From Puniceicoccaceae bacterium (GTDB taxonomy: Bacteria; Verrucomicrobiota; Verrucomicrobiia; Opitutales; Oceanipulchritudinaceae), in contig JBFOMH010000013.1 in the NCBI GenBank assembly GCA_040830765.1, positions 96,001 through 160,000 on the forward strand: DNA of 64,000 nucleotides, given 5' to 3'. Below the pieces are notes generated by a model. It was given only the letters and a program-made list of their open reading frames with translations. It searched no databases and was not told the origin of the DNA. A program made the translations under genes and the position numbers. Numbering within the stretch: position 1 is the stretch's first letter; each line of letters begins with the position of its first letter. Positions 37,278-46,934 of this stretch are shown here, piece by piece.

Positions 37278-38359
37278 ATGCAAGCAAAGAGAAAACGTCT
37301 GCTGGAGCCTATGAAAATGGGTGACTGGGACCTTCCCAACCGTTTCATAATGGCACCCCTTACCCGATGCCGGGCCAGCGCTGGACGCGTCCCAAACGCC
37401 CTCATGGCCCAGTATTACGCCCAGCGGGCCTCAGCAGGCCTGATTATCTCGGAGGCCACTGCGGTGACCCCGATGGGAGTTGGTTACCCGGACACCCCGG
37501 GCATCTGGGCGGAGGAGCAAGTAGCAGGATGGAAGCTCGTTACCAAGGCGGTCCACGAAGCCGGCGGACGGATAATTTGCCAATTGTGGCACGTTGGACG
37601 CATTTCTGATCCATACTATCTCGACGGGAAAACTCCCGTAGCTCCGAGTGCTGTCCGACCGGAGGGTTACGTCAGTGTCATCCGCCCCAAAAAGCGATTT
37701 GTCACCCCGCGAGCCCTGGAACGGGAGGAAATCCCGGAAGTTGTGGAGGCGTACCGGAAAGGGGCCGAAAACGCCCTCCGGGCCGGATTTGACGGCGTGG
37801 AACTGCACGGGGCCAACGGCTATCTGCTCGACCAGTTCCTGAGGGACTGCACCAACAAACGGACAGATGATTATGGTGGCTCCATCGAAAACCGGGCCCG
37901 CCTGATGCTGGAAACCGTTGACGCAGCCATTTCGGTCTGGGGGGCGGGCAAGGTTGGCCTCCACATCTCCCCCCGCAGCGAGGGTGAGGATTACAGGGAT
38001 TCAACGCCAGCAGAGACCTATGGTCATGTGGCCCGGAGGCTGGCAAACGGGGCATTGCCTTTATTTTCGCCCGGGAGTCCCTTGAAGAACCGCGTCTCGG
38101 GCCGGCACTAAAATCAACCTTTGGCGGTACTTACATTGCCAATCAGGGCCTTACGCTGGCCCAGGGCGAAGCATTACTGGAGGCTGGCGAGGCCGACGCG
38201 ATATCATGGGGCCAACTCTACATTGCCAATCCGGACTTGGTGCGACGGCATGAGCTCGACGTACCGCTGAATGAACCGGATCCGTCAACTTTCGGGGCCA
38301 ATGCACAAGGTTCGGCCCGGGGGTACACGGATTACCCGACATTGGAAGAGAACGAATGA
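37278..38359 (+). pseudogene. Old yellow enzyme alkene reductase (NemA/XenB-like), frameshifted near 38042
   Basis: MAPLTRCRA, YYAQRASAGLIISEAT, QLWHVGR, HGANGYL in the first frame; GKRGIAFIFARE..YIANPDLV..GYTDYP continues in the -1 frame to TGA 38357-38359. Confidence 0.85.
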
Positions 38360-38769
38360 TTAAGAAGCGCCATTATATAAATTACCTTCTCCCTGCAGGA
38401 CTGCTGATCCTCCCGGCCATTGCCTTGTATCGTTCAGGATGGGACTTGCGATGGATTGGTGCCTACATCCTGGTCGTCAATGGAGTCACCTTCCTGACTT
38501 ACCGGCGGGACAAATTACGAGCCGGAACCGGCGAATGGCGCGTTCCGGAAAGGCGCCTTCACCTGCTGGAACTACTGGGTGGGTGGCCCGCCGCCTGGTT
38601 GGCCCGTGAAGTTCTCCGCCACAAGTCCGCCAAGCTCTCCTTCAGGATAGTTTCCTGGATGATTGTCGGGGCCTACCAACTATTGTCCCTGGACGCCTTG
38701 CTGGGCTGGCCAGTCATGGAGGGACTGGTTGATTCCATTGATCTCATCCTGAAAAGCCGGGGCTCTTGA
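38356..38769 (+). CDS. DUF1294 membrane protein
   Basis: YRRDKLRA..WRVPERRLHLLELLGGWPAA..RHKSAK; ATGA overlap with restored OYE stop. Confidence 0.9.
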   Translation: MIKKRHYINYLLPAGLLILPAIALYRSGWDLRWIGAYILVVNGVTFLTYRRDKLRAGTGEWRVPERRLHLLELLGGWPAAWLAREVLRHKSAKLSFRIVSWMIVGAYQLLSLDALLGWPVMEGLVDSIDLILKSRGS

Positions 38770-38827
38770 ACTCAGGCTATCATTGGGATTCCTTGCCAAA
38801 TCCCATCTTACCACCAAGCTATCGATG

Positions 38828-39943
38828 ATGAAGCTTTGTCCGCTCACCCTGCTTTTGATATTCATGAACCTTAGTTACGCAGAAACAGTATTCTTCGGCA
38901 CCAACACCGGTGGCAACGGGAGTTCCAAGGGGATTTACGCAACCCGCTTTGACTCCGGGGCTGGCGCCTTTGCCAGCGAGGCCCGCCTTATGGCGGAAAT
39001 CCCGTTCCCCGGATTCCTCGCCAAGCATCCGAACCTGCCGGTCCTGTACTCGGTCAGCTCGGACCGGGTGGCCAGTTATCGCATTGTCGAAGGAGGCAGC
39101 CAGCCGGATCTGGAACCCCTGAATGCGGTTCCTTCAGGAACAGGCCGGGGGACACATCTCGATGTCCACCCTAACGGCAAGGCACTTGTCACCGTTCATT
39201 ACGGCGATGGGGATGTCGTGGTTTTTCCACTACAATCAGACGGAAGCATTGGCGAAAGGACCCAGACAATCGCATTAACGGCCTTCAGTGGCGTTAATCC
39301 AAAACGGCAGGAAGGACCGCATCCGCACAGCGTCTATTTTGATGATACGGGTGCCTTTGCCCTCATCCCCGACCTTGGAGCCGATGCGACCTACATCTTT
39401 CGCTTCAACAGTGAGAGCACGACCCTCACTCAGCAAGGTAAAGGAGATGCCTTACCGGGCGAGGGCCCGCGTCACATGAAGTTCTCGGTGGACAGTCGCT
39501 TCGTCTACGTTCTCAACGAGCTGGGCCTGTCGGTCGACTGCTTTGAATGGAATGCCCAAGAGGGCAGCCTGACCAAGGTTGGTTCAGCCCCTACCCTGAC
39601 AAAGGAGGAGCAGGCCGGATTCAACGATATCAAGGCTTCGGAGATTCGGATTCACCCCAACGGCAAGTTCCTCTACGCCGCCAACCGCGAACACGATTCC
39701 ATCAGCGTCTTCCGTATCCATCCGGAATCCGGACTCATCAAGCGGATACAACTTGTGCCAACCGTGGTCAGATGGCCGCGCAATTTCAATATCGACCCTG
39801 CCGGCCGGTGGCTTCTCTGCGCCGGCCAGAATTCGAACACGGTCGGCATCTTCGCCATCAACGAGGGATCGGGCGAGTTACTCTATAAGGAAGGATCCGA
39901 ATTAGACGTACCCCGGGCGATCTGCGTCCTCTTTGCGCCTTGA
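38828..39943 (+). CDS. Lactonase, 6-phosphogluconolactonase (Pgl/YbhE) family
   Basis: RQEGPHPHS, PDLGAD, GPRHMKF, LYAANREHDSI, PRNFNIDPAGRWL; start inferred. Confidence 0.9.
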   Translation: MKLCPLTLLLIFMNLSYAETVFFGTNTGGNGSSKGIYATRFDSGAGAFASEARLMAEIPFPGFLAKHPNLPVLYSVSSDRVASYRIVEGGSQPDLEPLNAVPSGTGRGTHLDVHPNGKALVTVHYGDGDVVVFPLQSDGSIGERTQTIALTAFSGVNPKRQEGPHPHSVYFDDTGAFALIPDLGADATYIFRFNSESTTLTQQGKGDALPGEGPRHMKFSVDSRFVYVLNELGLSVDCFEWNAQEGSLTKVGSAPTLTKEEQAGFNDIKASEIRIHPNGKFLYAANREHDSISVFRIHPESGLIKRIQLVPTVVRWPRNFNIDPAGRWLLCAGQNSNTVGIFAINEGSGELLYKEGSELDVPRAICVLFAP

Positions 39944-39962
39944 GGGGGGAACCCTAATCGGT

Positions 39963-40238
39963 TCAAGCCTCGGCCGTAGTCGGATCGATCACCCTCCGGA
40001 CTTCCGCCACGCTGTTGGAGGGAAACTCACCCTTCCGGGCATGCTCGCGGACCATTTCCTCATTCGGGGCGATATAGACACAGTATATCTTGTTGTCCGT
40101 GACAAAACTCTGAACCCATTGGATTTGTGGGCCCAAATCATTGAGCACACTGCAGGACTTTTGCGAAATGGCCTGCAGTTGTTCGCCAGTCAAGTCACCG
40201 GCACCGGGAATTTCTCTTTCAATCACATACTTTGGCAT
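39963..40238 (-). CDS. DUF4242 domain protein
   Basis: MPKYVIEREIPGAG..QWVQSFVTDNKIYCVYIAPNEE..HA..FP. Confidence 0.88.
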   Translation of the reverse strand: MPKYVIEREIPGAGDLTGEQLQAISQKSCSVLNDLGPQIQWVQSFVTDNKIYCVYIAPNEEMVREHARKGEFPSNSVAEVRRVIDPTTAEA

Positions 40239-40329
40239 AATTGTTCCTTTTGTTTACTTGGTTACGGCTTGCGCCGACCATTAGGCCAATTTCGAAATTG
40301 AAGTCAATCCATCTCATGGACAATCCTGA

Positions 40330-40653
40330 TCACCCCGACAAGCCATCGAGCACCTGCTGCATCTGCTTGGCATATGCCTGCATGGCTCGCCGGCCCTTGG
40401 CGGTTAAACGGATTAGGGTCCGTGGCATGCGATTGACGAAATCCTTCCTGATCCCGACATATCCAGCCTCCTCCAACTTACCCAGGTTGACCGACAAGTT
40501 CCCCCGGGTGAGGCCGGTCTGGTTAAGCAAAAAGGTAAAGTCCGCCACTTTCACAACCGCCAGGCAACTCAGGATTGTCAGCCTTGCTGGCGCATGCACG
40601 GTCCGGTCGATTTCCCCGATAATCGTCACCGCCTCCTCACTCATCCCCGGCAT
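40330..40653 (-). CDS. Winged-helix transcriptional regulator
   Basis: HAPARLTILSCL..DFTFL..LTRGNLSVNLGKLEEAGYV..PRT..LTAKGR. Confidence 0.88.
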   Translation of the reverse strand: MPGMSEEAVTIIGEIDRTVHAPARLTILSCLAVVKVADFTFLLNQTGLTRGNLSVNLGKLEEAGYVGIRKDFVNRMPRTLIRLTAKGRRAMQAYAKQMQQVLDGLSG

Positions 40654-41257
40654 TCTCCTCGTTTGACGGTTGATTGCGGTACCGCATCAGAAACCGTATC
40701 AGGACAATTGTCCCGCAAGATACGATGATTACACCGGGAATGATGATTCCCATTTCCCGCGACACGCCTGCCAGCCGTGACAGCACCACCGAAAGAATGA
40801 CCACCGCGCTGTAGGCGTGCAACCGGACAGTGCCCAGCAACAGCCCAACGCTGCTGATCAAGACCGCGAAAATCAATCCCAGCATCAGGTAACCGCTTTG
40901 CTGCAGAATCCCCGGAAGCTCTCCCCCGGATACCACAACCGCATAGACCAGCACTCCCAGCAGGAAAGTCAGGCTGCCGAGCAGGAAAAGATAAATCAGT
41001 CCCCGCTTCTCCTTTGCCTTCCTCCCTTCGCTGAATTCCACATAGCCAAGCCGCTTCTCCGTGATGCCCCGCTTCGCCGCCAACCACAGCGGGTACGCCG
41101 TCGCCGCGAATATCGGGGCCAGCCAGGTCTGGTCAAATTGCATCCCCAATCCAAATAACAGGACCACCATTCCCAGCGCCAAGTCCGCCAGCCCGTCTCC
41201 GTGATACATCAAATAGGCCCGCTTCTCCAGGCTTTCCAGGCTCATTACCCGATCCAT
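40637..41257 (-). CDS. Membrane protein (about 6 TM)
   Basis: DGLADL, ITEKRLGYVEF, several hydrophobic segments; overlaps regulator gene. Confidence 0.8.
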   Translation of the reverse strand: MDRVMSLESLEKRAYLMYHGDGLADLALGMVVLLFGLGMQFDQTWLAPIFAATAYPLWLAAKRGITEKRLGYVEFSEGRKAKEKRGLIYLFLLGSLTFLLGVLVYAVVVSGGELPGILQQSGYLMLGLIFAVLISSVGLLLGTVRLHAYSAVVILSVVLSRLAGVSREMGIIIPGVIIVSCGTIVLIRFLMRYRNQPSNEENAGDE

Positions 41258-41281
41258 TTTTCTTCCCTCAATAATTGTTCA

Positions 41282-41310
41282 TAAATAGGTTTAGTTTTTA
41301 AACCTATTTA
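41282..41310. promoter_or_regulatory. Perfect 12-bp inverted repeat, candidate operator
   Basis: TAAATAGGTTTA-GTTTT-TAAACCTATTTA, 25 bp upstream of 41257. Confidence 0.7.
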
Positions 41311-41367
41311 AAACAAGCAATCCGGATCAGTAAAGTCAAGCAGATCCGATAAAAAGCTCCGTTGGGC

Positions 41368-42165
41368 TCACCCGAGGGCGAACTCGATATCGACGCTGGG
41401 GTCGGATCCGACGAGGAGGTAGACGGTGGATGAAGAAACCCAACCGGCGGTCTCAAGGCCGCTGGAGCGGGCGACAGCATCAATTCCGCTGAACTGGTTG
41501 TCGGTCGCGTTATCGCGGTCAAGGAGGAAGAGGTGAACAATCCGACCATCCGCGGTATGGAAGCAGACGAGGGAGACATCAAGACCCTGCCATTGCAGCT
41601 GTTTACAGCCGATGGGGTCAAGATTGGTCAGGGCATCGGGCAGATCCTCATAGACAGGCGACTGCTTGCTCGACAACCAGGACCTGATGGAGTCGAGGTC
41701 CTGCGTGGTGTGGTCGAGCCGGAAATATACATCATTAATGTAGTAGGCCATACCATCGCGGAAGTGACTAAAGTCGTCGGGGCTGACCCCGCTGACCGAA
41801 TGCTGCAGATTCTGCACAATGGACTCGTTTTCCCGGAGTAACCAAAAGGTGCTGACAGAAACAAGCAGGGTAGCTGCAATCCCCCAACCAACAAGACGCA
41901 GCCTTCTTGCAGGTGACCGGCTTCCGGCAACCTTCTCATCCTCGCGGACCGTCTCCAGCAGCCTTGCCTCAAGGTCCTTGGGCACTGGAATGTCGGACAG
42001 AGCATCACGAAGAGCCGGGTCCATTTCCGTTTGCAATTGCATCCACTCGATCAGTTCCGGATCGGATTCCGCCAACTCGAGGGCACGTTGAATCTCAGGA
42101 TCGGCCTCCGAAGAGGAATCCTTCAAGTAGGCACTGAGTAGTTCCTTGGCACGTTGTTTGTTCAT
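41368..42165 (-). CDS. Putative anti-sigma factor
   Basis: ATGA-coupled to ECF sigma; N-terminal helical domain (IPVPKDLEARLL), one TM, GCK..W..VSLVCF..VHLF periplasmic part. Confidence 0.75.
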   Translation of the reverse strand: MNKQRAKELLSAYLKDSSSEADPEIQRALELAESDPELIEWMQLQTEMDPALRDALSDIPVPKDLEARLLETVREDEKVAGSRSPARRLRLVGWGIAATLLVSVSTFWLLRENESIVQNLQHSVSGVSPDDFSHFRDGMAYYINDVYFRLDHTTQDLDSIRSWLSSKQSPVYEDLPDALTNLDPIGCKQLQWQGLDVSLVCFHTADGRIVHLFLLDRDNATDNQFSGIDAVARSSGLETAGWVSSSTVYLLVGSDPSVDIEFALG

Positions 42166-42743
42166 TTTGTGTTTCCGGTTAGACGGTTGAATAATTTTAC
42201 CTTGCCCCGGTAAAGGCGGGACATGACCGTCCCAACTGGGAGGTCAAGGATACGGGCAATCTCCTTGTAGGGGATGGATTCGAGGTAAAAGAGAGACAGG
42301 GGAGCACGAAGATCATCTTCCAGTTCATGCAGGGCTGCGAGGGCCGTCTTGGCATCCAGTTTCCTCGAGGGATTGGTCACGATCGGATCCGATCCCACCG
42401 CTTCCTCATCAATGGGAACACTGGGAAAGCGGATGACTTTACGCCGCTGATCAATAAATTTCCGGTAGACGACTGCATTGAGCCAGGACTTTACCTTGGC
42501 CGGATCACGGACTTCCCGGTGCTTCCTGGTCAGTTGTTCGTAGGCGAATTGGGTCAGGTCCGCCGCATCGTCCTGGTTTCGACAAAGGTGCATGGCGAAG
42601 CGGAAGATGTCCTTGTAATGATCGCGGACGGCTTCCTCGAGGTCGACAACTGGCTCGCCGGTTCCCATACCGAATGACCTATGGGAGTCCTCGCCGGAGG
42701 TAAAGGTTATCCGTTCAGGGTTACTTTTGATTGCAGCCTCCAT
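42162..42743 (-). CDS. ECF RNA polymerase sigma factor (true start possibly 42668)
   Basis: DAADLTQ, KSWL, YKEIARILDLPVGTVMSRLYRGK. Confidence 0.93.
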   Translation of the reverse strand: MEAAIKSNPERITFTSGEDSHRSFGMGTGEPVVDLEEAVRDHYKDIFRFAMHLCRNQDDAADLTQFAYEQLTRKHREVRDPAKVKSWLNAVVYRKFIDQRRKVIRFPSVPIDEEAVGSDPIVTNPSRKLDAKTALAALHELEDDLRAPLSLFYLESIPYKEIARILDLPVGTVMSRLYRGKVKLFNRLTGNTK

Positions 42744-42759
42744 AGGGGATAAGAAAGGG

Positions 42760-42792
42760 TCGACAGGCCCGCCGGATTGGCGGGCCTGCCGA
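42760..42792 (-). terminator. Hairpin terminator
   Basis: CAGGCCCGCC GGATT GGCGGGCCTG core. Confidence 0.7.
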
Positions 42793-42832
42793 AGTTAGAG
42801 TGACGTGTGGACAAGAGAACGCATGTCAGCCT

Positions 42833-43291
42833 TTAACGGCCGGACTTCACCAGCGGGCAGGAGAAGTAGAAGTTGGCCGGCATGATTTCCAGATGACCGA
42901 TTTCTGCATGATGGAGAACCATTTCCGCGGAGGTCAGCTCGAAGTTGACGATGCCGTCACCATCCGGATCGTGGGCCATCTTGCCAACCTCGGTGAAGAC
43001 GACGATCTGCACCGACCAGCGACCGCCATTGTAATGCTGGTCCCCAGGAGCGGCATCGGAAACCGGGCGTTGGCCTTCGAGACCACTCATCATGAAGTTG
43101 TAGAGGTAGTCAACGGAATGCGCGGGTGCATTCTTGAAACTGTTGGTCGTCAGGACTGTGGAGTAGATTTCACCGTTGGCCCAGATGACATCATCAACCA
43201 AGGTGGCGGCCTTTTCGCTTCGGGCATTGAGCGAGGCAACAGCAAAGGCAGAGATGAGCAGGAGAAAGAACTTTTTCGTTAGATTATTCAT
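42833..43291 (-). CDS. Small secreted hypothetical protein
   Basis: MNNLTKKFFLLLISAFAVASLNA signal peptide; APGDQHYNGGRW, DPDGDG, FSCPL. Confidence 0.75.
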   Translation of the reverse strand: MNNLTKKFFLLLISAFAVASLNARSEKAATLVDDVIWANGEIYSTVLTTNSFKNAPAHSVDYLYNFMMSGLEGQRPVSDAAPGDQHYNGGRWSVQIVVFTEVGKMAHDPDGDGIVNFELTSAEMVLHHAEIGHLEIMPANFYFSCPLVKSGR

Positions 43292-43540
43292 GGTTAGAAC
43301 TATAGGTCGTTGAAATGAACCGGTGGGCTGTTGGGCCCAGACGGGCAGGAACGGAAGTGTTCCATACCTCAAGGACGAACCAAGGTTGGGTTTATTCACG
43401 AACGCCCAAAAAAAATTTCTTCCTGTCAATTCACTGTAAAAGAATTGGGAGGGGTCGAATTGAAGGTGCAGGGACGTCACGGAAGGCTTAACAGGTGAAG
43501 ATATCAACCATTGCACCGTAACCCAATAACCTATCGCGCC

Positions 43541-44386
43541 ATGAAACGACACATAGCACAACTGTCGGCCGTCCTTGGCGTCGGCCTCACCATCGTCCTT
43601 CCCCTCAAGGCAAGCCCGTACACCTACACCTTCACGGATTCCAGTATCCAGGAAGGAGACATGGCTTCGGTTTTTATCGGGGACATCATCAGCGGAACCG
43701 TGGAATTCTACCCGGCCACCGGAAATTACACCGTAACCTGGAAAGCCAACCCACAGGCTCTCTTCATGCCCCCAATGCAGTTCATCCTCAACCTGGGCAA
43801 TGTCAGCGTTGGAGACGTGGTTTCGCTATCCATGGATTACAACGGCAGTGAACTGATCGAGAGTTTCAGTTACTCCGGAAATGAGCCGGCCCTGATGGAC
43901 TGGATGCCCGGAGATATTCTTGTCACGAGCGGAAGTGTCGAGGAATTCGGCGTGTCCTTTGAATCAGGCATCTACTCCCTGTTCACCAACCTTCCACCGG
44001 GATTTGGTATCGATCTCCTTACCCATTCCGGTGTTCTCGAAGGAGAAATTGTTCCTGATGAGCCGATACTCCTCGATTCGGATGGGGATGGCCTGATGGA
44101 TGATGTCGATCCCTACCCGCTCTCTGACATGAGCCCGACTGTCGTCCTTCTTGGTGTCGATACGGGGGTCCCCAACATGATTCCCGGGGTTCCGGTGGAG
44201 GAATCCGGCACCACCCTCGCAGACGTGGTCCTTGATTTGGAACAGTCGGCAGCCAGCTCGACGGACAATCATGGCCAGTATGTGAAGGAACTGGGCCAGG
44301 CCTTCAAACTTCTCGAAAGGGATGGCTGGATCAATGGCCGTCAAAGGGCGGGACTGCTCCGCGTTATCGCCCAATCGGTCAACTGA
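43541..44386 (+). CDS. Secreted hypothetical protein with DSDGDG (TSP3-like) motif and helical C-terminal domain
   Basis: MKRHIAQ..LKA signal peptide; DSDGDGLMDDVDPYP; NHGQYV..DGWING. Confidence 0.75.
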   Translation: MKRHIAQLSAVLGVGLTIVLPLKASPYTYTFTDSSIQEGDMASVFIGDIISGTVEFYPATGNYTVTWKANPQALFMPPMQFILNLGNVSVGDVVSLSMDYNGSELIESFSYSGNEPALMDWMPGDILVTSGSVEEFGVSFESGIYSLFTNLPPGFGIDLLTHSGVLEGEIVPDEPILLDSDGDGLMDDVDPYPLSDMSPTVVLLGVDTGVPNMIPGVPVEESGTTLADVVLDLEQSAASSTDNHGQYVKELGQAFKLLERDGWINGRQRAGLLRVIAQSVN

Positions 44387-44412
44387 ACTGGCCGCCTTTC
44401 GGTAAGGTACAG

Positions 44413-44446
44413 CCTCCACGCCCTCCCCCCAACGAGGGCGTGGAGG
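44413..44446 (+). terminator. Intrinsic terminator
   Basis: CCTCCACGCCCTC..GAGGGCGTGGAGG followed by TCTTCCTT. Confidence 0.8.
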
Positions 44447-44563
44447 TCTTCCTTACTTATCCCAGGTTCGGGGTAAATGGGAGATGCAAACGCGGTCTTG
44501 CAAATGGACAGCTTGCATATATCTTAGGAAAACTACTTCCCTCACACTCCCCCTACCCCTTTC

Positions 44564-45574
44564 ATGAAAAGCCGTTCGGAACCCCTTGAAACGATCCCTG
44601 GTCCCTTTCTGGGCAAACCGGTCAACTTCGAGGAGCGTGCGGAAATGCGAACGGCCATTGAGGAGACCTTGCGCCTTATCCGGCGCGGCCAGATGCCCTT
44701 GAAGATTCCCCGGATCAAGGGCCGGATGCAACGTCACCCGGGAATGCATTACCACTTCAAGCCGGAGTTCTTTCTCCAGACTCGTGGCACTACGGAGTTT
44801 GAGATGCCAAGGGAACGTATCCTCGTTAAGCCTGGAGAGATGTGCATCATGCCAGCCGGCATTCCGCATCGGGAGCAGGTTGAAAGCGAGCCTCAGGCTC
44901 CTTTTCGCAATCTGGTCTGCGGTTTCTACAGCAAGACCCTGAGCTTGCACTGGGCCTTTGAAATTGAGCCCGGCAAGCCGGAGATTGAGGCGATTGAGTT
45001 TTTCGACACCCCCAACCTGGAGATCTTCACCTCGATGATGGGGCAAATTGTCTCCACCTTTCATGCCAAGTCCCCCGCCCGGGATCATATCCTGCACGGT
45101 CTAGTGACCGCCTTCCTCGGCATGTGCCTCAATCTCATCGAGGCTGGCAGCGCCAACCTCAACAAGGACATCGAGAAAATCTTCCAGACCAAGTGGCTTG
45201 TCCGCGAACAGATCTCCAACCCGAAATTAAACGTCAAGAACGTGGCCGAGAAACTGCGCTGTTCGCCGGACTACCTCTCCCACCTGTTCCACAAACAGAC
45301 GGGTGAAAAACTCATCCACTATATCCAGCGGATCCGTATCGAGGCAGCCATGCTGGCCTTGAAATCAACCCAGTTGTATATTTCCGAGATTGCATTTTCC
45401 AGTGGCTTCCAGGACCCGGCCTACTTTACGCGCGTCTTCAAGAAGTTTACCGGCGAGTCACCACAGGAATTCCGCTCGCGCATGGAGACGGAACGGAGCA
45501 AGGAAGAGTCGATGCCGAAGACCATCTACTACGACCGCGAGGATTATTCCCACGGGACACCAGCGGGCGCATGA
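44564..45574 (+). CDS. AraC-family transcriptional regulator
   Basis: Cupin H.H..PE..PAGIPH; SPDYLSHLF..ISEIAFSSGFQDPAYFTRVFKKFTGESP. Confidence 0.93.
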   Translation: MKSRSEPLETIPGPFLGKPVNFEERAEMRTAIEETLRLIRRGQMPLKIPRIKGRMQRHPGMHYHFKPEFFLQTRGTTEFEMPRERILVKPGEMCIMPAGIPHREQVESEPQAPFRNLVCGFYSKTLSLHWAFEIEPGKPEIEAIEFFDTPNLEIFTSMMGQIVSTFHAKSPARDHILHGLVTAFLGMCLNLIEAGSANLNKDIEKIFQTKWLVREQISNPKLNVKNVAEKLRCSPDYLSHLFHKQTGEKLIHYIQRIRIEAAMLALKSTQLYISEIAFSSGFQDPAYFTRVFKKFTGESPQEFRSRMETERSKEESMPKTIYYDREDYSHGTPAGA

Positions 45575-45598
45575 TCCCTCTTATTAAGAGCGATTGCC

Positions 45599-46912
45599 TC
45601 AGCCCTCCCCTTCAGAGCCTTTTTCATCGACCAGGCGCAACGTGACAGCCGCGACAAGAAGGGCAGCGCCTCCAAGCAGGACGGCGTTCATGGCATTGTT
45701 GTTGAGGAAATTGCTGAGAATCCATCCCAGGCCAACCGAGGCGAAGATCTGGGGAAGGACGATGAAGAAATTAAAGACCCCCATGTAGAATCCCATCTTT
45801 TCTCCCGGAATACCATTTGAGAGCATGGCATAGGGCATGGCCAGTATGCTGGCCCAAGCGATGCCGATGCCGATCATGGAGACGATCAGCAACAAAGGAT
45901 TCTCGATGAAGCCAACCGAGACCATGCCAATGCCTCCGATAGCCAGACAAACCGTGTGGATGGCCTTGGCCGAAAAGCGCCTCACCAGCATGAGCAGGAA
46001 AAAGGAGAAAAAGAAGGCGACAAAGTTGTAGATGGAGAAACAAACACCGGCCCACTCGGCCCCGGAACGGTAGGCAGCAGAGGTAGGGTCGGCATCATAA
46101 AGGCTGGAAGCCACGGCGGGGACGAAATTTATCCAGAGGCAGAAAAGGGCAAACCAGGTGAAGAACTGGGGAATGGCCAATTGGCGCATCAATTTCGGCA
46201 TGCTGAGGATACCTTCGAAGATCTCCTTGAAGGCATGCAACGGGCCAGCACCTTCGGCTTTCATTTTTCGGAAGGCTTCCATGTCCTCTGGCGGATATTC
46301 CCGGGTCCGTAAAACGGTATAGAGAACGGCACCGAAGAATATGAAGGAACCGGCATAAAAGGCGATATGTACCGTCAAGGGAATGGGAGAATCCCCGGTC
46401 GGCTCATTGCTCATGCCGAATAGATTGGTCAGGATCCATGGCAAGGCCGAGGAAAGGACAGCCCCGAGACCAATGAGCAGGCTCTGCATAGCAAAGCCGA
46501 ACTTGCGCTGTTTCGGCGGAAGCATGTCACCGACAAAGGCCCGGAATGGTTCCATGGAAATATTAACCGAGGCATCCAGAATCCAAAGCAGCCCGGCGGC
46601 CATCCACAAAGTGGAGGAATTTGGCATGGCGATGAGGGCCAGGCTGGCGAGAATGGCCCCGACGAGGAAATATGGACGCCGCCGGCCGAGGCGGTTCCAG
46701 GTCCGATCACTATAGTAGCCGACAATAGGCTGGACAATGAGACCGGTCAGTGGTGCCGCCAGCCAGAGTAGCGGAATATCCTCCGGAGTGGCCCCAAGGT
46801 ACTGGTAGATGGCACTCATGTTGGCCATTTGCAGACCCCAGCCAAACTGGATTCCGAAGAATCCAAAGCTCATGTTCCAGATTTGCCAAAAGGATAGTTC
46901 AGGACGCTTCAT
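45599..46912 (-). CDS. MFS maltose/sucrose-type sugar transporter
   Basis: QIWNMSFGFFGIQFGWGLQMAN, GRRRPY, NISMEPFRAF, MGFYMGVFNFFIVLPQ. Confidence 0.92.
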   Translation of the reverse strand: MKRPELSFWQIWNMSFGFFGIQFGWGLQMANMSAIYQYLGATPEDIPLLWLAAPLTGLIVQPIVGYYSDRTWNRLGRRRPYFLVGAILASLALIAMPNSSTLWMAAGLLWILDASVNISMEPFRAFVGDMLPPKQRKFGFAMQSLLIGLGAVLSSALPWILTNLFGMSNEPTGDSPIPLTVHIAFYAGSFIFFGAVLYTVLRTREYPPEDMEAFRKMKAEGAGPLHAFKEIFEGILSMPKLMRQLAIPQFFTWFALFCLWINFVPAVASSLYDADPTSAAYRSGAEWAGVCFSIYNFVAFFFSFFLLMLVRRFSAKAIHTVCLAIGGIGMVSVGFIENPLLLIVSMIGIGIAWASILAMPYAMLSNGIPGEKMGFYMGVFNFFIVLPQIFASVGLGWILSNFLNNNAMNAVLLGGAALLVAAVTLRLVDEKGSEGEG

Positions 46913-46934
46913 TGTTTAGAGGTGTAGTGAGGAT

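Noticed and set aside
38030..38050. Programmed ribosomal frameshift in the OYE gene
   Set aside because: No X XXY YYZ slippery site or evident stimulatory structure; a single-base deletion is simpler.
43292..43561. 5' extension of the 242-aa ORF 42833-43561
   Set aside because: The signal peptide begins at ATG 43291; the extension spans the divergent promoter region.
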